This document shows, piece by piece, positions 44,401 to 51,209 of a stretch of 51,209 nt of DNA. How positions within the stretch are numbered: the stretch's first letter is position 1; every line of letters starts with the position of its first letter. The notes beneath the pieces were generated by a model. That model was not told where the DNA came from. It saw only the letters and a list, made by a program, of their open reading frames with translations, and ran no database searches. Origin of the DNA: Candidatus Aegiribacteria sp. (GTDB lineage: Bacteria; Fermentibacterota; Fermentibacteria; Fermentibacterales; JCC-6); contig JAWOBF010000040.1 of NCBI GenBank assembly GCA_046498225.1, positions 1 through 51,209 of the forward strand. The letters are read 5' to 3'. The position numbers and the translations under genes are program-made.

Positions 44401-45312
44401 CTGGAGAAGGCGGCGGAATGCTACAGAATGAGCATGAAGATAGCCGACCGCATCAATGCGAAGCGAAACCTTGCGGCGCTCAACTTCGGCAACATCAAGT
44501 ACCTGCAGGACAGGGTCGATGAAGCGGAGATCCATTATCGCAAGGCGATGCGGCAGGCCACGGAGATAGGCGACAGGCATCTCGTGCGTGTCATGCTCAA
44601 CAACCTCGCGGCCATATCCACCGCAAGGGGCGAGTACGACGAGGCCAGGGAGCTGTACGAAAAGGCCCTGACCCTCGCCCGGAGCCTGAACGACAGGAAG
44701 GGCCTCAGGCTCCTGAACCAGAACATCGGTGAGATAAAGTCATACATGGGTGATTACTCCGGTTCGGAGGGATACTTTCGAAGCGCCATACAGATGGCGG
44801 AGGAGCTCGGGGACAGCGGAGCTCTGGGGTCGGCCCACGGCAAGACGGGAGCCATGCTGTTCATGAGCGGCGACCTTGAAAGGGCGGAGGAGCATCTCGC
44901 AGAGGGAATAGAACGCACAACAGAGGCGGGGGACCTGAAGAGCGCCCACGAGTTCATCTACCTCCTGGCGCGGCTCTGCAACAGAAAGGGCCGTCTGGAT
45001 ACCATGATAGAGCTGCTCCGCAGAATGAAAAGTCTTCCTGACAATCGCATATCTCCCTTCAACAGATGGTTTGCGCCCATGGTGGAAACATGGATCGAGA
45101 AGGCCATGGGCAACGATGAAAGAGCTATGGAGCTGGCCGAAGGGATCGTGGAGGACTTCCCCGGCACCGAGGGTGAGGCCATGGCCCTGCTTGCAAGGTT
45201 CGATATCACCGGGAACGATGACGACAGGAAAAGAGCGTCAGCCGTATACAGGGATCTTTTCGCCGGAAGCCCGATGGAATTCTACAGGCAGAAGATCGAA
45301 TCCCTCGAATGA
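41443..45312 (+). CDS. Tandem class III cyclase domains + STAND/AAA ATPase + TPR repeats (soluble adenylyl cyclase-like architecture)
   Basis: ISDISGFT, FAGDAF, DKG...FGAP, YTVIGDKVN; FVGR..EL, GDAGIGKT, IDDFQWMD, GNPFYIEQ, YIFRH; NNIG/NNLG TPRs. Confidence 0.9.
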   Translation: MEKYPGANFIPPFIARQYRRSRMEGTIEGSVLISDISGFTGLTESLFALQKRGAEQLSDILNRLFSGMIAAVHENGGFVANFAGDAFTAVFPEDTGTRALAAAQRIKGSVESETGGGSDRHITGIRSGIARGSIRWNIYGSGPFTYLFSGEAVRGAAQAEASADTNETATAPGVRITENLPGTHPDRDNQDRSGSVTGDVEERFVHPDYIAKTNSPEFRDVAAVFTGFRNIPDANEFVDTVIRAADEYGGYFNLLDCGDKGTLVLTLFGAPLTSGKNPLRSAGFALALKDIYGDRVRSGITWGRVFAGFIGSPGLRGHYTVIGDKVNTAAGLMESCLPGDILISEEMEREVRGSFQLEQARKLSLKGSSSRMSCFRIEGRSAFSGELLFESSFVGRSGELDAVVQHAGGTLSAGTTGGLVVSGDAGIGKTRFAHHVQSLLPGTVPVYLKCDEILGKSLNPIESFFEVTFGTSGSEDRWESENAFEMHFSSVLEGKASTGDRDYHADSLRRLKYVIKGFMGIEESGEYLQLDARSRFDNTVLAFMHLVRLLAGEDRPFVVIDDFQWMDPDTFTVLKDLFRQMDIDGPMICILTRPSPDIPPSELMPQSAETITVHLTALHREDQRDLVESSLPCPPSETLRKVIEDKAEGNPFYIEQMIMYLLDNHLVDCSGGMAELNTPGLQLPGSILDIIISRVDALQADIRQTVRNASVLGRRFNIRVLSRMLREIPVRDHLRTGTEARIWNRLSEIQYIFRHALIRDAVYDMQMERQLSGLHLLAGNIIEELYGDDERMYSDLSYHFEKSLQMERMLKYTIKAADYALDNFRNREAMEMYEKYVEHQGDPRLKKLAQLKLAQVFNLVGNWNGSLPLYDEIIQFAEENDDRRMLAEASSRKGFLLHRMGNNEEALQCFQVAKLEYGKLDEIPGLAGVYNNIGTVHTDLNRPEEAISCFGKALELLEDRSGERDCAEIMMFTYNNLGLVNQKMNFLEKAAECYRMSMKIADRINAKRNLAALNFGNIKYLQDRVDEAEIHYRKAMRQATEIGDRHLVRVMLNNLAAISTARGEYDEARELYEKALTLARSLNDRKGLRLLNQNIGEIKSYMGDYSGSEGYFRSAIQMAEELGDSGALGSAHGKTGAMLFMSGDLERAEEHLAEGIERTTEAGDLKSAHEFIYLLARLCNRKGRLDTMIELLRRMKSLPDNRISPFNRWFAPMVETWIEKAMGNDERAMELAEGIVEDFPGTEGEAMALLARFDITGNDDDRKRASAVYRDLFAGSPMEFYRQKIESLE

Positions 45313-46364
45313 CCGTTCTATGGCACATATCATCCCACGGCTGGGGACACGCGGCCCGTCAGCGGGAACTATTGCGTGTCTACAGGGACCGATTCCCCGA
45401 CACCGAGGTGATCATCGCGTCCGACGTGCCCCGGTGGTTCTGGCGGGGAACGGGCATATCCGGGATCGTCAGGGGCTCACCCTCTCCCACTGTCGAAGAG
45501 TCAGGATGGAAGGTAGACCTTTCCGCCACCCGGGCCCGGCTGATGGGCTTTCTCCGTCGCCTGGACTCCCTGCTGACCGATGAGCAGAAGTTCCATGGGG
45601 AGCTGGGCGCGGATCTGGTGGTCAGTGACATCGACCCCCTTCCCATAGCCGCAGCCTCCGCCGCGGGCATACCTGCCTTCGGCATCGGCAATTTCACATG
45701 GGACTGGATACTTACCGAGCTGTTCCCGGACCTGGAGGATGATATCAGGCGGGTAAGCCTTCTCTATTCGAAAGGGACCTACCTCAGGCTGCCCATGGCT
45801 CCTCCCGGTCACAACCCCTTCAAGAGGAAGGTGGACGTTCCGCTGCTGGCGAGCGGATACTGCACAGACCCGAAGGAAGCCCGGCATCTGTTCCCGAAGG
45901 GGCTGCTCTGCCTGGTTGCCCTGAGGGAGCTTCCTCCGGAAGGGCTGCCGGACCTTCCCCGCGGAGTCCATGCGCTCTCCTCCTCACCGGAACCGCTGTC
46001 CGGTGGAATTCAGAACATCACCCCGAAGGAGCTTTCGTCCAGGGGACTCGTTTTCTCCGACCTGGTGGCAGCGGCGGACGTTGTGATATCCAAGGCCGGC
46101 TACGGCATAATCTCTCAGATACTTGCCCTGGGGAAACCCTGCGTTCTCCTTACCGGAAGGGGATTCCCGGAGGAGAGATACCTTCTGGAATATATGAGAG
46201 AGAGGAGTGCCACCGTGATTCTGAAGCCGGGTGAAGAAAGCGACCTTCTCAGCCATGTCAGAAAGGCGGTTTCGGGAACCCTCCCCGTCAGGAAAGCTGC
46301 GGACGGGGCGGAGTTCATACTATCAGAAGGTTACCTGGACCCATTCGACCGTACCGTACACTAA
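45309..46364 (+). CDS. GT-B fold glycosyltransferase-like protein
   Basis: ISSHGWGHAAR, DLVVSDI, NFTWDWI, ADVVISKAGYG, FPEE; ATGA overlap with the cyclase gene. Confidence 0.75.
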   Translation: MTVLWHISSHGWGHAARQRELLRVYRDRFPDTEVIIASDVPRWFWRGTGISGIVRGSPSPTVEESGWKVDLSATRARLMGFLRRLDSLLTDEQKFHGELGADLVVSDIDPLPIAAASAAGIPAFGIGNFTWDWILTELFPDLEDDIRRVSLLYSKGTYLRLPMAPPGHNPFKRKVDVPLLASGYCTDPKEARHLFPKGLLCLVALRELPPEGLPDLPRGVHALSSSPEPLSGGIQNITPKELSSRGLVFSDLVAAADVVISKAGYGIISQILALGKPCVLLTGRGFPEERYLLEYMRERSATVILKPGEESDLLSHVRKAVSGTLPVRKAADGAEFILSEGYLDPFDRTVH

Positions 46365-46411
46365 ACATCTCAGCGGCGCGTCCCCCCGCTACTGACTGTT
46401 TATGAATAGAG

Positions 46412-47770
46412 TCAACGCTCGGTTCGCTCCATCAACTCGTCAAGCCTTTCGGGGTCGATGTCCAGAAGGCCGGCCGCGTCCTTCCTGTCCCCGCCGCAGT
46501 AATCCAGTGTTTTGGCCACATGATCGGTGATCTTATCACTCAGTTTCATGGGAACGAAGTCCCCCTGGACCTCACCGGGTACAAGCCTCTCCCTGATATA
46601 CGGCGAGAGGGAGTTGAGGGTTAGAGCATCCCCCTCGGTATTGATCACTGCGAACGCGATAATGTTCTTCAGTTCCTGCACGTTGTCCGGAAAGCTGTAC
46701 TGCTTCAGAAGGTTCATCAGTTCTTCGGAGATACCTTTGATCTCCTTGCCGGTCCTCTCCACTTCCCGCTTCAGAAAATGCTCTGCCAGCAGTGGAATGT
46801 CTTCAGCTCTCTCCCTGAGGGGGGGAATGCGGATGGAATTTACCATCAGATGGTAAAGCAGGTCGCGTGAGAAACTATCGCGGTATTTCGAGCTGGTAAG
46901 ATCATGAGTCGAGGCGACTATCAGCCTTACGTCGCACTTGAGTATCTCGGTGGAATTATCCCTGTAGAACTCACCTGTCTGAATCACCCTCTTCAACCTG
47001 ACCTGTACCGGAAGACTCATGTTCTCTATGTGGTCAATGAAGAGTGTGCCACCTGATGATGCCTCCAGAAAACCATCCATCTCCTCGTTCCGCCCCCCCC
47101 ACTCCTTGGCCCTTCCGAACAGCTCCGCGGAGAACTGCTCCTGGGAGTGGGAACCGCTGTCAACTGCAATGAAAGGCCTGTTCACCCTGGGAGAAGCGTT
47201 GTGTATGGCCCTGGCAAGAGATTCCTTTCCCGTTCCTCTCTCGCCCCATATGAATATGCTCAGTTCACTCTCGGCCATCCGTTCCGCCTGGTGGAACATT
47301 CTTATCACAGCCGGGTCCTGGGTCGGCAGGTGCTGAAAGGCGGCCTTGTTGTCGAGGTCTTCCCTGGACAGGGATTTTGGCAGCAGATCGATGGTGCTGT
47401 GCATCGCTCCATGCTCGATTGCGTTGTCCAGGACCTCCAGCAGGTACTCGTCGTCCACAGGCTTCGTAAGGTAATCGAATGCGCCGCGCTTCATGCTCTT
47501 GACCGCCAGCTCGATATCGTTGACCCCGGTGAGAATGAGAACGGGTGTGTTCATCTTCCTGGAGTTCATCATGTCCAGTATGTCCATTCCGCTCACGTTC
47601 GGCATGTCCAGGTCCAGCATTATGACGTCGAACTCCTCTTCCTCAAGGATGGACATTACCTGCCGGGAATCGTTGACGACCCTGGGCTGAAAGACCTCGG
47701 TCTGCATCAGGAAGACCATGAAATAATTGGTCACCGCCACATCATCATCAACAATTAGTACCTTCTTCAA
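46412..47770 (-). CDS. NtrC-family response regulator (REC-AAA-HTH), atypical with no GAFTGA
   Basis: LIVDDD, LDLDMP, GAFDYLTKP, GERGTGKESLARAIH, GGTLFID, IPPLRERAEDI, NVQELKN. Confidence 0.9.
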   Translation of the reverse strand: MKKVLIVDDDVAVTNYFMVFLMQTEVFQPRVVNDSRQVMSILEEEEFDVIMLDLDMPNVSGMDILDMMNSRKMNTPVLILTGVNDIELAVKSMKRGAFDYLTKPVDDEYLLEVLDNAIEHGAMHSTIDLLPKSLSREDLDNKAAFQHLPTQDPAVIRMFHQAERMAESELSIFIWGERGTGKESLARAIHNASPRVNRPFIAVDSGSHSQEQFSAELFGRAKEWGGRNEEMDGFLEASSGGTLFIDHIENMSLPVQVRLKRVIQTGEFYRDNSTEILKCDVRLIVASTHDLTSSKYRDSFSRDLLYHLMVNSIRIPPLRERAEDIPLLAEHFLKREVERTGKEIKGISEELMNLLKQYSFPDNVQELKNIIAFAVINTEGDALTLNSLSPYIRERLVPGEVQGDFVPMKLSDKITDHVAKTLDYCGGDRKDAAGLLDIDPERLDELMERTER

Positions 47771-49758
47771 CTGCTAACCTTCCTGTCCTCGACGGTCCTG
47801 CCACCGGCCGGTATTCTGATGGTGAACGTGGTTCCCTTTCCCGGAGCGCTCTTCACAGAGATGCTTCCCGAATGCTCCTCTATTATCCTGAACGCTATGG
47901 CCAGCCCGAGCCCCGTACCGCCCTTTGCCCTCTTGGTGGTGAAGAACGGATCGAAGATCTGCTTCTGGGTTTTCTCGTCCATTCCCCTGCCGTTGTCCTC
48001 CACCTCTATGACAACGTCATCGCCTTCCATGCCCGTCCTCACCTGTATGAGCCCCTTCCTGTCGTCGGGAATGGACTGGGCGGCATTGACTATGAGGTTC
48101 ACGAAGACCTGCTCGATCTTCTGGGAATTACCCGTGAACTTATCGATATCATCGCCGAGGTCCAGCCTGATCTCAGCATGCCTGTGGACCTCGTTCTTCA
48201 CGAGCCTCGTGGTCGCTTCCAGCAGAGTGTTCACATCCACCTTGTCCACAAGGAGGCCCTCGTCCTTCCTGGCGAATCCTCTGAGTCCCTCAACGATGCC
48301 CTTGATCCTCTGAGAACCGTGGGCCATGTCGTCGATCAGGGTCATGATGTGCTCCCTGAAGAACTCGTACTTCAGGCGGGCTATCTTGAGGTTGGGATGA
48401 TCCTCGGCGTACCTGTCGATTATGGGAAGCATGTCGGTGATCGCCTGCCGGATTATCTTGATGTTTCCCCGGATGAACTGGTTGGGGTTGTTTATCTCGT
48501 GACCGATACCGCTCACCAGCTGTCCCAGGGAGGCCAGCTTGTCCGCCTGCTGTATCTGCTGCTCGTATGTCTTTTCAAGGGTCACGTCCCTGTAGAACTC
48601 CAGGATGCCGTCCACTTCCTCCTCCTGGTTGTATACCGGCAGGGTGTGAACTTCAAGGAATCTGTCTCCGTCCGCTATGGTTATGGTTATCGGAGTCTTG
48701 TCCCTCTTGATCTTCTCCAGCCTGCAGTCCCTGCAGGGAATGTCGCGATCGAAATATGTCCTGTAACACTTGTCTCCGGGGACGATGTCATCCCGGTTGC
48801 TCATCACCACGTTTCGGTTCATGTCGATCAGCATCACCTCGTCCGGAATGGCGCGGAACATCGTTTCCAGCTGGTGCCTGGTCTCCTCCCAGCTGCGGTT
48901 GACCCTGTCAAGGTAGGAATCGGCTGTGCTCAGCTTCTGTTTCTGCTCCTCCAGCTCCCTCTCCCTGCTGGATATCTCCTCCTCCAGCCTGCTCAGCCTG
49001 CGGTTGAGCTCCGCCTCCTCTTCCTGTTTCATGGCCATTCTGTCCCTGAGTTCCTTGCGCTCCAGAGCCAGGCTGAGCATTCTTCCTATCTCGTTGAGCA
49101 TCTTCTGCTCCTCGGGAAGCAGCTCATGAGTGCCGCTTATGTACCCCACCCGAATTTCGCCCTTTGGAGCACCGCTGACGACAAGTTCCACGCTTATGTA
49201 ATCATCGCTGACAGGCTCCTGACCGTACTCCTCGTCCTGGTAGACGGAGTAGACCACAGCCTCGTCGGGGAACCGCATGCCCCTGGAGAGGTATTCCGGA
49301 AGCCTGGTGAAGAACTCGCTGATGGAGGCGGAAACCTCTATCCATTCGGCCACGGCGTAGAGGCAGGAGAGTTCCTTCACTCTCTCCTCCTTCTCCCAGT
49401 CGCTCAACCTGTGCAGAGTATCCATCTGAGTTCCGAAGAAGAGATAAATCCTCCCCTGATCGCTGTCTACATATCCCACTTTCATAGGTATGGCGGGTGA
49501 GCTGTCCATATGGGAGGAAAACAGAGCGATGACGCCCCTGGAACCGTCGGCCACACTGGTCATGGCGTTTCTGAAGGACGACAGGGACTCCGCATCCAGG
49601 ATGTCATCAATGCTGATACTGCCGGCTTCACCGTTCCCGGTCGCGCAGTGTTTCTTCAGCAGAGGACTGCAGTGTATGATCTTCTCTGTTCGGTCCACAA
49701 CCAGAAGGAAATCGAAGCTGCCTTCAATGACCGAATAGAGTGCCTCGAGACGGATCAA
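47767..49758 (-). CDS. Cytoplasmic PAS-domain sensor histidine kinase (NtrB-like)
   Basis: KLASLGQLVSGIGHEINNP, QVFVNLIVNA, DNGRGM, FDPFFTTK, GTGLGL; coiled coil; TTG start after GGAAGG. Confidence 0.92.
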   Translation of the reverse strand: MIRLEALYSVIEGSFDFLLVVDRTEKIIHCSPLLKKHCATGNGEAGSISIDDILDAESLSSFRNAMTSVADGSRGVIALFSSHMDSSPAIPMKVGYVDSDQGRIYLFFGTQMDTLHRLSDWEKEERVKELSCLYAVAEWIEVSASISEFFTRLPEYLSRGMRFPDEAVVYSVYQDEEYGQEPVSDDYISVELVVSGAPKGEIRVGYISGTHELLPEEQKMLNEIGRMLSLALERKELRDRMAMKQEEEAELNRRLSRLEEEISSRERELEEQKQKLSTADSYLDRVNRSWEETRHQLETMFRAIPDEVMLIDMNRNVVMSNRDDIVPGDKCYRTYFDRDIPCRDCRLEKIKRDKTPITITIADGDRFLEVHTLPVYNQEEEVDGILEFYRDVTLEKTYEQQIQQADKLASLGQLVSGIGHEINNPNQFIRGNIKIIRQAITDMLPIIDRYAEDHPNLKIARLKYEFFREHIMTLIDDMAHGSQRIKGIVEGLRGFARKDEGLLVDKVDVNTLLEATTRLVKNEVHRHAEIRLDLGDDIDKFTGNSQKIEQVFVNLIVNAAQSIPDDRKGLIQVRTGMEGDDVVIEVEDNGRGMDEKTQKQIFDPFFTTKRAKGGTGLGLAIAFRIIEEHSGSISVKSAPGKGTTFTIRIPAGGRTVEDRKVSS

Positions 49759-49900
49759 ATTGTCTTCCTTCCAGCATGTCAGGAACGCGACGCTTACAGG
49801 ATCATTAGATGTAGAATACTGAGATGACCGTCAAGAAGTGCCGGATGGGACAGGAACACCCATAGACCTATCAAGCCTTCTTGCCGGTGTTAAGATCTAT

Positions 49901-51130
49901 CTATATCCTGAAAAGTATCTTCTCGCTGCTGAACAGCCTCAGCGTAAGGTAGATGAGTATTCCGGCCAGGACCGCGCTGGAAAGGCTGGCGGTAAGGACC
50001 GTACCCCAGGACGCGTCGTTCATGAAAACACTCTTCAGAGCTATCAGGGAATTGAATATCGGGGTTGAGGTCATCCATCCCGGAGCGACGTCCCCGGTCT
50101 GCATGGTGGATATTCCCATTATCATCACTATGAAGTAGACGGGCATTATCATGCCCTGGCCTTCCTTGGTGTTCCTTGCGTAGGTGGACACTATCAGTAC
50201 CATGCTGGCCACAAGAACCGCCAGAGGAATGGTCACTGCGGTGAACTGGATGATTCCCAGGGTGCTCATGCTGTAGCTGGACATGGCCTCACCGGTACCT
50301 CCGAACATGCTCATGAAGTACCTGGAAGCTATGATGAGCCCGATGACGGAACTGGCGGCGCCTACTATGGCGGCCACCATGACCGAGAGCATCTTCCCTA
50401 TGACTATTGCGAGCCTGTCAACCTGGTTCACCAGGAGTATGGCCAGGGTTCCCCTCTCCTTCTCACCCGCCACGGAATCCAGACCCACTTTCATGGAGTT
50501 GGCGAACAGGTATATGAGTATGAAGAATGGAAGCAGAACTCCTATTATCTTTCCGATGACGCTGCCTTCAGGGGCAAGGTCGTACTGTGCCGGAGCCTCG
50601 TTGACTGTGAGGACGCTGAGGACTTCATCAGATATCCCCCGGTCGGCCAGCCTCCTTCGAACTATATCGTCGCTGAGGGAGGTCAGGGCTTCCCGCACCT
50701 TCTCGAAGGTGTACTGGGAATAGTCCGACGCGGAGTTGTAGTAGATGGAAACGTCAAAGGTACTGCTGGATTCCAGGTAGGAGACCATGCTGTCCGGCAG
50801 TACGACAAGCAGTTCCTTCTCCCTCTCCGCGATGGAGGACTTCACACTTTGGAGCTGGTGGGAGTCCACGATCTCCACACTCGTATTGAGAGCAGACAGG
50901 GCCTCGATGAACATGCCGGAGACCTCCCGGTTTCCGGTCCCTTCCATCAGGGAGATTGTGGACCTGTAGGAGGCGATGTCCGAGTCCTTCGCCTCGTCCA
51001 TCCTTGCCATTATGGAGTACATCGCAGGCAGCATGACAAGGGGCACGACCACCAGGAAGAGTATCATCCGCCTGTCTGTGAATATTCGCTTCAGCTCCTT
51101 GCTCAGTATTATCAGGCTGTCCCTAAACAT
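49901..51130 (-). CDS. ABC transporter permease, NatB-like
   Basis: KELK..F.DRR N-terminus, AGEKERGTLAILL, GKML, multiple TMs. Confidence 0.88.
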   Translation of the reverse strand: MFRDSLIILSKELKRIFTDRRMILFLVVVPLVMLPAMYSIMARMDEAKDSDIASYRSTISLMEGTGNREVSGMFIEALSALNTSVEIVDSHQLQSVKSSIAEREKELLVVLPDSMVSYLESSSTFDVSIYYNSASDYSQYTFEKVREALTSLSDDIVRRRLADRGISDEVLSVLTVNEAPAQYDLAPEGSVIGKIIGVLLPFFILIYLFANSMKVGLDSVAGEKERGTLAILLVNQVDRLAIVIGKMLSVMVAAIVGAASSVIGLIIASRYFMSMFGGTGEAMSSYSMSTLGIIQFTAVTIPLAVLVASMVLIVSTYARNTKEGQGMIMPVYFIVMIMGISTMQTGDVAPGWMTSTPIFNSLIALKSVFMNDASWGTVLTASLSSAVLAGILIYLTLRLFSSEKILFRI

Positions 51131-51209
51131 GGTTCCGCTCCTCCTCCCGGTCCGGCAGGATGTACCCGAAGAAGACCTCCTCCAGGCTGTCCGTGGAGTT
51201 GCGCTTCAG
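51123..51209 (-). CDS. C-terminal fragment of probable ABC ATP-binding subunit (NatA-like)
   Basis: Frame reads LKRNSTDSLEEVFFGYILPDREEERNHV*. The SLEEVF tail is typical of ABC-2 ATPases; overlaps the permease start. Confidence 0.6.
   Translation of the reverse strand: MKRNSTDSLEEVFFGYILPDREEERNHV

Noticed and set aside
1..51209. CRISPR array, cas genes, rRNA or prophage
   Set aside because: No regularly spaced repeats, and no cas, rRNA or phage structural motifs were seen; intergenic spaces are short.

Overview
Gene-dense, GC-rich bacterial chromosomal segment of about 38 CDS and 2 tRNAs. T9SS-style C-terminal domains, a PorX/PglZ regulator next to tsaE and a DUF3098-like gene suggest an FCB-group lineage outside the well-studied Bacteroidota (inference only). 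Most of it is housekeeping: priA, tilS-hpt-ftsH-folE-folP-cdaA, tsaE-tsaB-rimI, folC, ABC transporters, M16 peptidases and two-component systems. The best lead is missed by the ORF track. It is a secreted Omp28/thioredoxin-fold gene at 22609-23592 with an in-frame TGA in a U-P-T-C (UxxC) redox motif and a SECIS-like hairpin right after the TGA. It also has a T9SS-type sorting domain, lies just downstream of tRNA-Val and is bracketed by a 53-bp imperfect direct repeat, so it is a candidate secreted selenoprotein cassette. Other leads are an AT-rich HUH/Y1 (RAYT-like) transposase gene enclosed by 35-bp terminal inverted repeats, a RimI-purine nucleoside phosphorylase fusion, and a multi-ACT protein with a probable non-AUG start. 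A soluble-adenylyl-cyclase-like STAND protein, an NtrC-like activator and a prenyltransferase-fold protein each appear to lack key catalytic motifs. All family assignments come from motif recognition by eye; no searches were run.
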